Origin: Nemertoderma westbladi
Lineage: Eukaryota; Animalia; Xenacoelomorpha
DNA: 64,000 nucleotides
Assembly (NCBI GenBank): GCA_032718475.1
Contig: JAUCBJ010003878.1
Span: forward strand, 8,588 to 72,587
Direction of reading: 5' to 3'
A program made the translations under genes and the position numbers. Each line of letters starts with the position of its first letter. Position 1 is the first letter of the stretch. The notes beneath the pieces are model-generated. The model saw nothing but the letters and a program-made list of their open reading frames with translations, ran no database searches and was not told where the DNA came from. This document shows positions 41,139 to 55,274 of this stretch, piece by piece.

Positions 41139-41410
41139 TTTGCAAAGTCGGCAATGACGTCCAGGTGGTATCGAACTGGTGACATCCGGGTTGGAAGTAA
41201 TACGCTCTAACAAGTAAAAGGTAGACCTGGAAGTACTACTTTATACCTTGTACAGTATGTCCACAATTTACCTCCTCATGGCCTCTCATCGGTCAGTCAA
41301 TACCATCAAATAATGCCAACTGTGCTGAACCTACAGTACTAGGGCTTCAAACTTCCAACCCGATGTCACCAGTTCGATCCCACCTGGACGTCATTGCCGA
41401 CTTTTCAAAA
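41139..41410. mobile_element. Inverted pair of tRNA-derived SINE-like segments
   Basis: ~60-bp inverted arms at 41139-41198 and 41351-41410, containing an anticodon-loop-like CTTCCAA and a B-box-like GTTCGATCCC. Confidence 0.5.
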
Positions 41411-41730
41411 CCTGTCCTCTTCACCCCCTCCCCCCCCCCCCCCCCCCCCAAAAAAAAAAATAAATAATAAAATACAAAAATACATTACAAACTATCAATT
41501 AATCATCTATCAATTAAATTGCAATAATATTGCAATATTATTCAATATATTGGAATATAATTCAATATTATTGCAATATAATTTAATATATTACAATATA
41601 ATTCAATTCAATTTCAATATTTATATTGAATTGTAATTCAATGTAAGCTGATTGATTTCAATACTAAAACTGATTGAATGCGTATACTGATTGAATATAC
41701 ATTTACATATTGGATTTTGATCCATTTGTT

Positions 41731-44700
41731 ATGCCATACTACTGTACCCCCAGATGCCATACTACTGTACCCCCAGATGCCATACTACTGTACCTCCAGA
41801 TGCCATACTAATGTACCCCCAGATGCCATACCGGTACTACTGTACCCCCAGATGCCATACTACTGTACCCCCAGATGCCATACTACTGTACCTCCAGATG
41901 CCATACTACTGTACCCCCAGATGCCATACCGGTACTACTGTACCCCCAGATGCCATACCGGTACTACTGTACCCCCAGATGCCATACTACTGTACCCCCA
42001 GATGCCATACTACTGTACCCCCAGATGCCATACTACTGTACCCCCAGATGCCATACTACTGTACCCCCAGATGCCATACTACTGTACCCCCAGATGCCAT
42101 ACTACTGTACCCCCAGATGCCATACTACTGTACCCCCAGATGCCATACTACTGTACCCCCAGATGCCATACTACTGTACCCCCAGATGCCATACTACTGT
42201 ACCCCCAGATGCCATACTAATGTACCCCCAGATGCCATACTACTGTACCCCCAGATGCCATACTACTGTACCCCCAGATGCCATACTACTGTACCCCCAG
42301 ATGCCATACTACTGTACCCCCAGATGCCATACTACTGTACCCCCAGATGCCATACTACTGTACCCCCAGATGCCATACTACTGTACCTCCAGATGCCATA
42401 CTAATGTACCCCCAGATGCCATACCGGTACTACTGTACCCCCAGATGCCATACTACTGTACCCCCAGATGCCATACTACTGTACCTCCAGATGCCATACT
42501 ACTGTACCCCCAGATGCCATACCGGTACTACTGTACCCCCAGATGCCATACCGGTACTACTGTACCCCCAGATGCCATACTACTGTACCCCCAGATGCCA
42601 TACTACTGTACCCCCAGATGCCATACTACTGTACCCCCAGATGCCATACTACTGTACCCCCAGATGCCATACTACTGTACCCCCAGATGCCATACTACTG
42701 TACCCCCAGATGCCATACCGGTACTACTGTACCCCCAGATGCCATACCGGTACTACTGTACCCCCAGATGCCATACTACTGTACCCCCAGATGCCATACT
42801 ACTGTACCCCCAGATGCCATACTACTGTACCCCCAGATGCCATACTACTGTACCCCCAGATGCCATACTACTGTACCCCCAGATGCCATACTACTGTACC
42901 CCCAGATGCCATACTACTGTACCCCCAGATGCCATACTACTGTACCTCCAGATGCCATACTAATGTACCCCCAGATGCCATACTACTGTACCTCCAGATG
43001 CCATACTAATGTACCCCCAGATGCCATACTACTGTACCCCCAGATGCCATACTACTGTACCTCCAGATGCCATACTACTGTACCCCCAGATGCCATACCG
43101 GTACTACTGTACCCCCAGATGCCATACCGGTACTACTGTACCCCCAGATGCCATACTACTGTACCCCCAGATGCCATACTACTGTACCCCCAGATGCCAT
43201 ACTACTGTACCCCCAGATGCCATACTACTGTACCCCCAGCTGCCATACTACTGTACCCCCAGATGCCATACTACTGTACCCCCAGATGCCATACCGGTAC
43301 TACTGTACCCCCAGATGCCATACCGGTACTACTGTACCCCCAGATGCCATACTACTGTACCCCCAGATGCCATACTACTGTACCCCCAGATGCCGTACTA
43401 CTGTACCCCCAGATGCCATACCGGTACTACTGTACCCCCAGATGCCATACCGGTACTACTGTACCCCCAGATGCCATACTACTGTACCCCCAGATGCCAT
43501 ACTACTGTACCCCCAGATGCCATACTACTGTACCCCCAGCTGCCATACTACTGTACCCCCAGATGCCATACTACTGTACCCCCAGATGCCATACTACTGT
43601 ACCCCCAGATGCCGTACTACTGTACCCCCAGATGCCATACCGGTACTACTGTACCCCCAGATGCCATACCGGTACTACTGTACCTCCAGATGCCATACTA
43701 CTGTACCCCCAGATGCCATACCGGTACTACTGTACCCCCAGATGCCATACTACTGTACCCCCAGATGCCATACTACTGTACCCCCAGATGCCATACTACT
43801 GTACCTCCAGATGCCATACTACTGTACCCCCAGATGCCATACCGGTACTACTGTACCCCCAGATGCCATACTACTGTACCCCCAGATGCCATACTACTGT
43901 ACCTCCAGATGCCATACTACTGTACCCCCAGATGCCATACCGGTACTACTGTACCCCCAGATGCCATACTACTGTACCCCCAGATGCCATACTACTGTAC
44001 CCCCAGATGCCATACTACTGTACCCCCAGATGCCGTACTACTGTACCCCCAGATGCCATACCGGTACTACTGTACCCCCAGATGCCATACCGGTACTACT
44101 GTACCCCCAGATGCCATACTACTGTACCTCCAGATGCCATACTACTGTACCCCCAGATGCCATACCGGTACTACTGTACCCCCAGATGCCATACTACTGT
44201 ACCCCCAGATGCCATACTACTGTACCCCCAGATGCCATACTACTGTACCCCCAGATGCCATACTACTGTACCCCCAGATGCCATACTACTGTACCTCCAG
44301 ATGCCATACTAATGTACCCCCAGATGCCATACCGGTACTACTGTACCCCCAGATGCCATACTACTGTACCCCCAGATGCCATACTACTGTACCCCCAGAT
44401 GCCATACTACTGTACCTCCAGATGCCATACTAATGTACCCCCAGATGCCATACCGGTACTACTGTACCCCCAGATGCCATACTACTGTACCCCCAGATGC
44501 CATACTACTGTACCTCCAGATGCCATACTACTGTACCCCCAGATGCCATACCGGTACTACTGTACCCCCAGATGCCATACCGGTACTACTGTACCCCCAG
44601 ATGCCATACTACTGTACCCCCAGATGCCATACTACTGTACCCCCAGATGCCATACTACTGTACCCCCAGATGCCATACTACTGTACCCCCAGATGCCATA

Positions 44701-46125
44701 CTACTGTACCCCCAGATGCCGTACTACTGTACCCCCAGATGCCATACCGGTACTACTGTACCCCCAGATGCCATACCGGTACTACTGTACCCCCAGATGC
44801 CATACTACTGTACCCCCAGATGCCATACCGGTACTACTGTACCCCCAGATGCCATACCGGTACTACTGTACCCCCAGATGCCATACTACTGTACCCCCAG
44901 ATGCCATACTACTGTACCCCCAGATGCCATACTACTGTACCTCCAGATGCCATACTAATGTACCCCCAGATGCCATACCGGTACTACTGTACCCCCAGAT
45001 GCCATACTACTGTACCCCCAGATGCCATACTACTGTACCTCCAGATGCCATACTACTGTACCCCCAGATGCCATACCGGTACTACTGTACCCCCAGATGC
45101 CATACCGGTACTACTGTACCCCCAGATGCCATACTACTGTACCCCCAGATGCCATACTACTGTACCCCCAGCTGCCATACTACTGTACCCCCAGATGCCA
45201 TACTACTGTACCTCCAGATGCCATACTACTGTACCCCCAGATGCCATACCGGTACTACTGTACCCCCAGATGCCATACTACTGTACCCCCAGATGCCATA
45301 CTACTGTACCTCCAGATGCCATACTAATGTACCCCCAGATGCCATACTACTGTACCTCCAGATGCCATACTACTGTACCCCCAGATGCCATACTACTGTA
45401 CCTCCAGATGCCATACTACTGTACCCCCAGATGCCATACCGGTACTACTGTACCCCCAGATGCCATACCGGTACTACTGTACCCCCAGATGCCATACTAC
45501 TGTACCCCCAGATGCCATACTACTGTACCCCCAGATGCCATACTACTGTACCCCCAGATGCCATACTACTGTACCCCCAGATGCCATACTACTGTACCCC
45601 CAGATGCCATACTACTGTACCCCCAGATGCCATACTACTGTACCCCCAGATGCCATACTACTGTACCTCCAGATGCCATACTAATGTACCCCCAGATGCC
45701 ATACCGGTACTACTGTACCCCCAGATGCCATACTACTGTACCCCCAGATGCCATACTACTGTACCTCCAGATGCCATACTACTGTACCCCCAGATGCCAT
45801 ACCGGTACTACTGTACCCCCAGATGCCATACTACTGTACCCCCAGATGCCATACTACTGTACCTCCAGATGCCATACTACTGTACCCCCAGATGCCATAC
45901 CGGTACTACTGTACCCCCAGATGCCATACTACTGTACCCCCAGATGCCATACTACTGTACCCCCAGCTGCCATACTACTGTACCCCCAGCTGCCATACTA
46001 CTGTACCCCCAGATGCCATACTACTGTACCCCCAGCTGCCATACTACTGTACCCCCAGCTGCCATACTACTGTACCCCCAGATGCCATACTACTGTACCC
46101 CCAGATGCCATACTACTGTACCCCC
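41731..46125. repeat. 23-bp (29-bp variant) minisatellite ATGCCATACTACTGTACCCCCAG
   Basis: About 180 tandem units. Variants carry a CCGGTA insertion, CCTCC or TACTAAT. Confidence 0.98.
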
Positions 46126-46564
46126 ACCATTTTTTCCTACAAGTAATGTAATGCGAGAGGGAAACAGAGAACATTGGGTTGATTATTTTTCACGATCACC
46201 TTATAAATTAGAATCCTAGAATAATTTTATTTGCTAAATTAGTCGTATTTGAGTTGACGATCGAAAAGAAACGTAAATTAGAAAGTAGGAAAAATCGAAA
46301 GCTTATTTATTATTTATTGGGTGATGTCAACATTGGACGAGTGATATGCATAGCACTCATCTAAGGGGTTCGACTGGGGAGGCTTATGTTGGTATGGGTA
46401 TTGGGCGTGGTTTGGGTTAATATGTATATTATTCACTAACAACTTCATTGATATTCTGAACACGTTCTAGAACGTTGTTGAGGCCTCGGGGAATGTATCC
46501 ATAAAAGCTATTGATAATCTTGCTGGAATGACGCAGAGTGAAATTAATGGATTTTTGAGCCCAT

Positions 46565-46935
46565 TGGAATCATCCGCATCTTCAAGACCAGCAGTGTCCT
46601 TCAAGAGGCGTTTCAAGAAATTAATGGGCTGTCCACCATGCTTATTAACTCTATGCGGCTCTGATCACAATGTTGTAATGCACCTGCTGGTACTCACGGC
46701 GAAAGCAATATCCTGCAAAGGGGAGGCGGCTCCGTTCGAATGTTAAGCGGGGAGACCAATGATATACCTCCGATATTGTATACTGTAGAATCTGATTAGA
46801 GATGTGTTAATTGTAGCCTACGTCGAGTCACAATGAACCCGGCGTGGCATTCATATATAAGTGTCATCCAGAGATTTATGGTATCCTCTGCAGCGTGGAC
46901 TCCCATATAGGAGTACTGGTTCTACTGCTGCCCTA
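46565..46935 (-). mobile_element. Older, diverged RTE LINE fragment
   Basis: Colinear with 52009-52368 (ATCATCCGCATCTTCAAG...GGCTGTCCACCATGCTTATT...GGAGTACTGG), with many substitutions and indels. Confidence 0.75.
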
Positions 46936-47780
46936 AGTGAGAATGGATGGTTGTAAATAGCTTGAAGAATCTAAGACCACTACGAGGTATTGAGTACCGG
47001 TACCTGCTGCCACACAATACAATGTCGGGATGATTTTAGTGAAACTGTAAAAGAGTTCCAGAATGTAGTGCAATAAAATTAACACGATTGGTGGCCTTAA
47101 ATAACTTAAAAGGCCCAATGACGTGTGAAATATAAAGAAACATTGATTTGGATTACACAAATTTACGAACGGTAAACTGTGTATAGCTGATCCAATAGGA
47201 ATCGTCTGTTATTGCATTTTATCTTAGTATAGATACCTAACACAGATATGTCGTCGAATCGCCATCTGTATAACCCTAGTGTAAGACATGCCACTATGTA
47301 CTACAGTTATCCCCCTCTCTCAGCTGTTTGCAAGAGTCTGACCCCTGCAAAATTATGCCACTGTGGAAGCGTTTAGTTCGCTCAGCTCCCACATAAGAGT
47401 CAGAGTTCGATTCCCAGTGATATATTTATAGGCCTACCGAATGATTCTCTGTACACATCCTGTAAGAGAGGAACCTTCTCGAATTCCACACATTATAATA
47501 CTATAGTATACTATTATTTATTAAATATTGATCTACCTGAGTTATTGAATCAGCGAGGTACTTATTTAACGTATATCCTTTACCCCTGGGCGCTAGCCAC
47601 ATGCACAACTCATTAGGAATCCCGCTGTGACGTCACACGAAACTCGAACACAGTTAAACTTGATGATTTAAACATGCTTCAAATTACCAACTCACGGATA
47701 TTGACTTATAAAACGCAAGTGCGACAAATTTAATAATTATTTCTTGCTGGAAAATTGGAAAAAATTTAGTTTAAATTAAG

Positions 47781-48510
47781 ATGTTATTTTTTCCAGAAAC
47801 ACCGTTTATTCTTTTCTTTTACTTTTCAGTTATTTCCACAGAAGGTGATAAATCGTACGCGAAAGATAAATTCGCGACTCACACTGCGTATCGCAACGTT
47901 GTACATGGCCACGGCCCCGGTCTGTCCTACTACAGGGACCACGCCGGTTGCCAGGCTAAACACGTCGCTATGGTAGCACGACACGGTTCACGGTACCCGG
48001 ACAGAGATTACTACACAGACGTTGAAACCTTAACAACCAAATTACTTCGCGTTTCTCCGAATATAAAACCGGAATTCCGGGATTTAAAGAGCTCGTTTCG
48101 GTCTAAGCGGAGTAAATCCCTCGCCCCGGAAGGAATTGAGGAGCTACAAAGTCTAGCCAATCACGTTAGAGGGAATTTCTCAGACCTTCTAGCCAACACG
48201 AAAGAAGATGAGTTGATATTCGAATCGAGCAACAAGTCGCGGTCTATAAGAAGTGCCGAGGCATTCTTCCGCAATCTGACCGGTGGTTCCGATAATATTT
48301 CGCGTATAAAAGTTTACTCCGCCAGAGAGGATAAATTCATGCGGTTCTATGATATCTGTCGGCGGTATATTCGCAAGGTAGACAGCGTTCTACAGGAGGA
48401 GATTGTAGAATTCGATCATAGTGTTTATATGCGGGAGGTTGCCGATAAGGTCATGGGAAGGTTACATGTAGATGAGTCATACGGACAGCTCATCGCATCT
48501 CTAACACCAG
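47781..48510 (+). CDS. MINPP1: Multiple inositol polyphosphate phosphatase-like histidine phosphatase, exon 1 (start uncertain)
   Basis: RHGSRYP catalytic motif, RSIRSAEAF and MRFYDIC. The hydrophobic N-terminus is either a signal peptide or an acceptor tract. Donor G|GTGGGT at 48511. Confidence 0.85.
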
Positions 48511-48866
48511 GTGGGTGTCGACAATAACGCTAGTATTTGAAACGATTTTCTCTTTTCTCTTGGAGAGGGATGAATTTTTTTATTGCGTCGAAAGTACCCC
48601 CTATCTGCAATTTTTGGGATATTTACGATCTGTTCAAGTCATAATTGTTTGCAAAATACTTATTGATTGATGATGGCCCTGTAAGTATAGGGCCATCATA
48701 AGTACCTATTAGTGTAATAATTAGTGGGGGTGTAGGAAATAATTTATTTTTTTTTTCAAATAAATATTTTATGGTAAACAAAAAGTTTAATAATAATATA
48801 GACCCAGCTTAATAACCCATAAAAATCCCAACTACTTAGGCCTAATTTGTAATTGTTTATTAATAG

Positions 48867-49086
48867 GAGATTTACACACAATTTATCAGTCATGTGGATA
48901 TGAGATCGCAATGCATGGGAATCATACCAACTGGTGCAGCTTATTGGATGGTTCAGATCTCAAAGTTCTAGAATATTCTGACGATGTGTGGCACTATTGG
49001 AGGAAATCCTATGGTAACAAGCTCAACTATCAAGTCGCCTGTAAATTGGTCTCTCAAATATTTGGACGTATGGATGAGGCGATAAG
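48867..49086 (+). CDS. MINPP1: MINPP1-like, exon 2
   Basis: taatAG acceptor. Reads GDLHTIYQSCGYEIA...WCSLLDGSDLKVLEYSDDVWHYWRKSYGNKLNYQVAC. Donor AG|GTAAAG. Confidence 0.88.
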
Positions 49087-49328
49087 GTAAAGTGTGAACG
49101 CATAAAGTTGTTATGGGAACAATTGAAACTGAAAGTAGTCAAATCAGGCCCTAGTTTCATACGTTAAACTTTCCATGATAGGCAGGAAAGAAACAAATAG
49201 TTCAAAAAAAGCTTAATTCATATAAATAATTTGAATTCTCCACACATTAATGTGCTTGTCAACTTATAACGATAAATTTTTTATAACGACGAGTTTTTTA
49301 AACTACATTAATTATATTTTTTTTATAG

Positions 49329-49728
49329 CAATAATCACCCGGTTGGAGTGTTCCAATTCGGTCACGCTGCCACCACTCTTGTCCCATTGGTCACCCTGTT
49401 AGACCTGTTCTACCAATCAGCTCCATTGACGGCGGCCAACTTCCCCCAACTTGGAACCAACAGGTCTCTGGTCTCTAGCGAACTCTACCCGTTTGCTGCC
49501 AATCTAATCTTCATCTTGTACGAGTGTGCCTCAATGACCCAGGAGAGAGGGCCTAACTACAGTCTGGCTGTGGCCATAAACGAACGACTTATACACTGGC
49601 CAATAGAGAGCTGTCATGGTGACTACATGTGTCCTTATGAAACTGTTAAAAGCCGATACAAAGACGTAATTGGTTCCTGTGATTTTAAAGAATTATGTAA
49701 TATTGGTAGTCGGCGGTCTGAATTATAA
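49329..49728 (+). CDS. MINPP1: MINPP1-like, exon 3
   Basis: ttttatAG acceptor, phase 2. Reads FQFGHA...PFAANLIFILYEC...CPYE...C; C-terminal RSEL resembles an ER-retention signal. Confidence 0.88.
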
Positions 49729-51474
49729 TTATTTACGGTAGCGGTGCGCCAATGGCAGACTCTTTGCAATTAATAATTAATAAATGAATTGTTTGATATT
49801 AGGATGCGGCTTCGTGTGATATTGACTTCTGAACGTTTTAATTTGGCGAATATTAAATTTCTTTAATTAATCACCATTAAAGGTAAAGCAAAGGTACAGT
49901 TCACATTGGTGCGATCTTCTTATGAAAATAAATGTAACAAAATAAAATTTATACTTATTTTAGGTACACTGATTACAGTATTTTTTAATCATACGTACTA
50001 AAGTTTGCAATATCAAAATTGTCCTAGCTGCGCCCCAATTTGAAATACGCACGTCGGTGCTTATTTAGTAATACCAGTACTATTCCATTCAGAAAGCGTT
50101 AGGAATTGTACCTAAACATGTCCTCAGTTGTAATAATAGGGCAATATGGAACGTCCTGGAATTGTTTTTGTGTAATTTATTTGTGTAAAGTTCCCGTTGT
50201 ACCAGTCATACTATGCAGTTATTGTTATTCTTCATGTTTATTGAGGTTTGATAATATTGTGGGTTTCTTTGGGAATGGCTGTAGCTGAGATGCAGGATTT
50301 TTAAAGTTGTATGTTTTATCAGGCCACTCAAATATTATTAGAGAAATCTAAGCCGAAATGCAAACTGAAATCATGGCCAAAATACAATTAGCATTTATAC
50401 GACTTTCCTTTATAAGTTTTTTCATTCAAATAAATTACATATAACTAAAATGTATTTATTGTATTTCTACTATAATGTACCGGTACATCGCATTTAACTA
50501 CCAATGTAAATAAATCCACATCATTACCTATTGTATGCATTCAAATTAAAGCAATATAACAGTTACAAATACAACATTTAAAATGAACCAATCAGAGACC
50601 ATACATCATCTCTGCATTTGGGTTGTCAACCCAACGAAACTATAATCAAAAGCATATAATTCTATTGGTCGTTAAGGCTAAAGGATTTAGGAGGTTATAG
50701 TATGGTTCCTACTTTTCCATATTTGGCAGTTGCATTTGGAAGGAAAACAAGGTTTAATGTTAAGTTATTATTGTGTCAGAAATGTGTCTGCACTGTGTTA
50801 GTAGGCAAATAGGCGAATAATTTACAATTGATAGTTTTAACTGATTGACCGTACGCCTTTTCCGTTGTTATGGTGAAAAGATAGAAAAATCACCTTAATG
50901 TAGTCTCAATATGTTTTATGTATGTCACGTATAATATTTTATTATTGGTGTTATGTGTGAATGAGAAAAAAACCGTATAATATTGTTTTTTTCTTACTTA
51001 TCTTTGTTTTCTGTATTTCGTTGGGTATGTTTCTGTTTATTTTATTTCATGTTTTTTAGGTAATGTTTATTTTATTTTATTTTATATTTATTTAATAATA
51101 AATAATACGCTGAAATAGGAAACGTAGTCTATGGTTGGATAAATTCATCTATAGATAGACCTTATTGATTCTTGTTTAAATAATCGGAAAGACATTAGAA
51201 GACCCCTAATACAACATTTACAGATGGACTTATTAATAGTGACAGATTTTCCGACAGCGTAATAATTTATATTATGATTATAGGCATTACTTCATATTGC
51301 TATTTAGCCATCCATAACCATCCAAGATATAGACATCCTGACATCATAATAGTCTAATAACCTCAGAAAGTGGCGCAAGAATTTGGTCGCAAGTGAATAA
51401 CCTGCCGAAATGATATTCGATGTAACTTGACTTTTTTCCTTTGATAAATTAACTTTACATATTTATAACGAAAT

Positions 51475-51746
51475 ATGTCGGCTGATACGTCGGTAACATT
51501 GTACCCTGTCGGAAGCGGTGTTTCCATGCCGACAATTGGGTCGACATCAATCCATTCGCATTACAAAACGCTACAAAAAATTATTGATTCGGACAGTAAA
51601 AAGTTAACTTTACATAGTCACCGGAAAAAGAACTACAATAATTACGTGAAGAAGATATCCAGCGATATTGCTTTCGATATGTCTGTAGTTCGTGAAAGGA
51701 GTAAGGAGAAGTTACCTTACTTGGCATCCCGCAATGAGGCGTCACA
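51475..51746 (+). CDS. Putative orphan gene, exon 1
   Basis: ATG-initiated, non-repetitive, GC-richer ORF ending at a consensus donor CA|GTAAGT (phase 2). Confidence 0.5.
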
Positions 51747-51886
51747 GTAAGTTAAAGCGGTATCATATATTACAGGCATAAATAAGTAATATAGATAAGT
51801 AATGTAATATTATCACACGTTACGCATTACAAATTACATTATACTGAACGTACAGTAAGTTATGTATAATATGCACTCATAGAAAT

Positions 51887-53243
51887 TACTACTACTACTA
51901 CTAGGATCGCCGGCATGCTGCATTGCAGCTGCATTTTTAAGAATGCTGTGCCGTCTTGTCGACAAAATTGCCCCGCCACAACTCCCTATCACCCATGAAA
52001 TTTGCTAGATCATCCGCATCTTCAAGGCCAGTGTCCTTTAAGATGCGTCTCAAGAAAGTCATGGGCTGTCCACCATGCTTATTCACTCCATGAGGCTGCC
52101 AAAGTACAAGATTATGCACTGGCTGGTCCTCACGGCGAAAGCAATGTCCTGCAAAGCGGAGGCGATTTTGTTCTAGTGTCAAGCTTGGGGGAACCAATGA
52201 GACACCTCCAATGTTATATAGTGTTTGGTTGGAGATGTGTGCATTGTACTTGACACAATGAACCCGGCGTAGCATTCTTGTGAATGTGCCATCCAGAGAT
52301 TTGGTGTCCTCAGCAGTAGAGCCCAGCATGGACTCTCATAGAGGAGTACTGGAACTACTGTTGCTCTAAATAATCGGACCTTAAGTTTCCGATTAATTCT
52401 CGGTGACTTCCAAATCCTGGAAAGCCTATTCAAGGCTGCCCATGCCTTTCCCTTACGTATTCGAAGGTCCTCACCTGACTTCCGGATCCATGATCCCAGG
52501 TAACAGAAGTCGTCCACATGCTCAAGCATACCATCCTTTGAGCTTATGCTCATCCGATCAGAGACTTGCTGAGGACTTTCAAAGTTAACTGTCAAAATTT
52601 TGGTCTTTCTGGAATTAATAAAAAGACCAACACTAGAAGCAGCATGTTCTAATGAGCTGAGGAGCCGTTGGGCTCCCTCTAGTGATTCTGAGAGTACTCC
52701 TAAGTCACCAGCAAAGTCTAGATCAGTTAGGTACTTGGCAGGATTTCCTCGACTTCTGGAGCCAGTAGGTGGAGTTATCATCACCCCATCATCATTATGA
52801 TGATCTAAGGACATACGTAGAACATAGTCAACCACAATTATGAACAAGAATGGTGCAAGTGTGTCTCCCTGGAGGACGCCCCATAACACTTCAAATGGTT
52901 CTGTGTCACCGTCAACAGTAGACACAAATGTTGTCGAACCATCGTACACTGATCTGATTGCTGCAATAATTTCATCAGGAATCCCATATAATGAAAGTAT
53001 GCTGAACATACTGCACGTGAGCGATAGAATGAATCAAAGGCCTTGAAGAAGTCTACAAAGATAACAGCCAGATGCCTGTCTTTCTTTTTTGATAACTCTT
53101 CAATTATCCTTCTAAGTGCCAAAATGGGCTCCATGGTCCCACGACCTTTACGGAACCCATTCTGATTTCCACGGAGCAGTCTCTCAATGGGATCACTGAT
53201 GCGATTTAATATATTTCTATTGTATAGCTTTGCAGCAATGCAA
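51887..53243 (-). mobile_element. 5'-truncated RTE-clade LINE, frameshifted reverse transcriptase pseudogene
   Basis: QNGFRKGRGT, FVDFFKAFDS, GVLQGDTLAPFLF, LDFAGD (defective YADD), FCYLGS and RLRFAGHCFR, spread over three frames. (TAG)n tail. Confidence 0.93.
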
Positions 53244-53384
53244 TCGAGATCAATAAGATTCCCCGAAAAGAACCATATAAATTAGTGTACATTTGTTATT
53301 AAACTTTTATGTCTCCACAACATTTGCCATTTGCAATACCTCCCACTTGTATTGTAAGTACGGTGGGCTACCCAAAAATGTACC

Positions 53385-54820
53385 ACCTACATCTACACCA
53401 AGTATTGGCTGTACCACCTACTGTACAAGTGTTGGCAGTACACCTCTGCATGTCTTGGCAGTACCTCAGAGAAGTGTTGGCAGTAACACCTACATTTACA
53501 ACAAGTGTCAGTAGTACCACCCACAAGTATTGGCAGTACCACCGATAAGTATTGGCAGTACCACCTACAAGTGTTGGCAGTGCCACCTACTAATGTTGGC
53601 AGTACCACCGATAAATGTTGGCAGTACCACCTACAAGTGTTGGCAGTGCCACCCATAAGTGTTGGCAGTACCACCTACAAGTGTTGGCAGTGCCACCCTG
53701 AAGTGTTGGTAGTACCACCGAGAAGTGTTGGCATAACCACCTACATTTACAACAAGTGTCAGTATAGTACCACCCACAAGTGTTAGCAGTACCACCAAGA
53801 AGTGTTGGCAGTACCACCTACAAGTGTTGGCAGTGCCATCCACAAGTGTTGGCAGTACCACCTACAAGTGTTGGCAGTGCCACCCATAAGTGTTGGCAGT
53901 ACCACCTACAAGTGTTGGCAGTGCCACCCTGAAGTGTTGGTAGTACCACCGAGAAGTGTTGGCATTACCATCTACATTTACAACAAGTGCCAGTATAGTA
54001 CCACCCACAAGTGTTGGCAGTACCACCGAGAAGTGTTGGCAGTACCACCTACAAGTGTTGGCAGTGCCACCCAGAAGTGTTGGTAGTACCACCGAGAAGT
54101 GTTGGCAGTACCACCTAGATTTACAACAAGTGTCAGTAGTACCACCCACAAGTGTTGGCAGTACCACCGAGAAGTGTTGGCAGTACCACCTACAAGTGTT
54201 GGCAGTGCCACCCAGAAGTGTTGGCAGTACCACCAAGAAGTGTTGGCAGTACCACCTACAAGTGTTGGCAGTGCCACCCACAAGTGTTGGAAGTACCACC
54301 TACAAGTGTTGGCAGTGCCACCCATAAGTGTTGGCAGTACCACCTACATGTGTTGGCAGTGCAACCCTGAAGTGTTGGTAGTACCACCGAGAAGTGTTGG
54401 CATTACCACCTACATTTACAACAAGTGCCAGTAGTACCACCCACAAGTGTTGGCAGTACCACCGAGAAGTGTTGGCAGTACCACCTACAAGTGTTGGCAG
54501 TGCCACCCAGAAGTGTTTTTAGTACCACCGAGAAGTGTTCGCAGTACCACCTACATTTACAACAAGTGTCAGTAGTACCACTCACAAGTGTTGGCAGTAC
54601 CACCGAGAAGTGTTGACAGTACCACCTACAAGTGTTGGCAGTACCACCCACAAGTGTTGGCAGTGCCACCGAGAAGTATTGGCAATACCACCTACAAGTG
54701 TTGGCAGTGCCACATACTAATGTTTGCAGTACCACCTACAAGTGTTGGTAGAACCACGCACTAGTGTTGGCAGTACAACCTACCGAATGGCCAGTACCAC
54801 CTACAAGTGTTGGCAGTACA
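53385..54820. repeat. Complex ~22-bp minisatellite (CCACCTACAAGTGTTGGCAGTA) with higher-order units
   Basis: Tandem variant units with periodic ACATTTACAACAAGTG insertions. Confidence 0.95.
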
Positions 54821-55274
54821 CTTCGACCCTCGATTGCGCCCAATATTTTCTCAGGATCTTACAGTATAATGTTAAAGTGAAACAAATTGATACGGTGAAC
54901 CTCTGATCATCATCTGGAACTTCTGCGCTTCCTAATAACATTGTGCCAAAAATAATATTAATAAAACATTTAATAATATCATCTGAGGTGAATGGACTTG
55001 GAAGGTGGGGCGAGGGCGAATCGATCAACTGTCCAAGTCGATTCGCCCCAACTCCATGTGCTCCTAGAAATTGGGGCGAAAAGATCGAGGGACGAATCGT
55101 CCCGCACCCCATCCACAGGTATTACTATTAGGGATTCCAACCAACCCACTATTAATTAACCACATGCTTAAAAATTATTATTATTACACTAATACTATAC
55201 TATTTTATTAAACATTGAATTATTATTATTATTACACTAATACTATACTATTTTATTAAACATTGATTTAGTAA

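Noticed and set aside
39577-46219. Long Cys/Leu-rich and MPYYCTPRCH ORFs, up to 1050 aa
   Set aside because: Stop-free 10-bp and 23-bp units open in all three frames. No unique coding context.
53293-54906. Many short overlapping ORFs (GSTTYKCWQYH)
   Set aside because: Products of the ~22-bp minisatellite.
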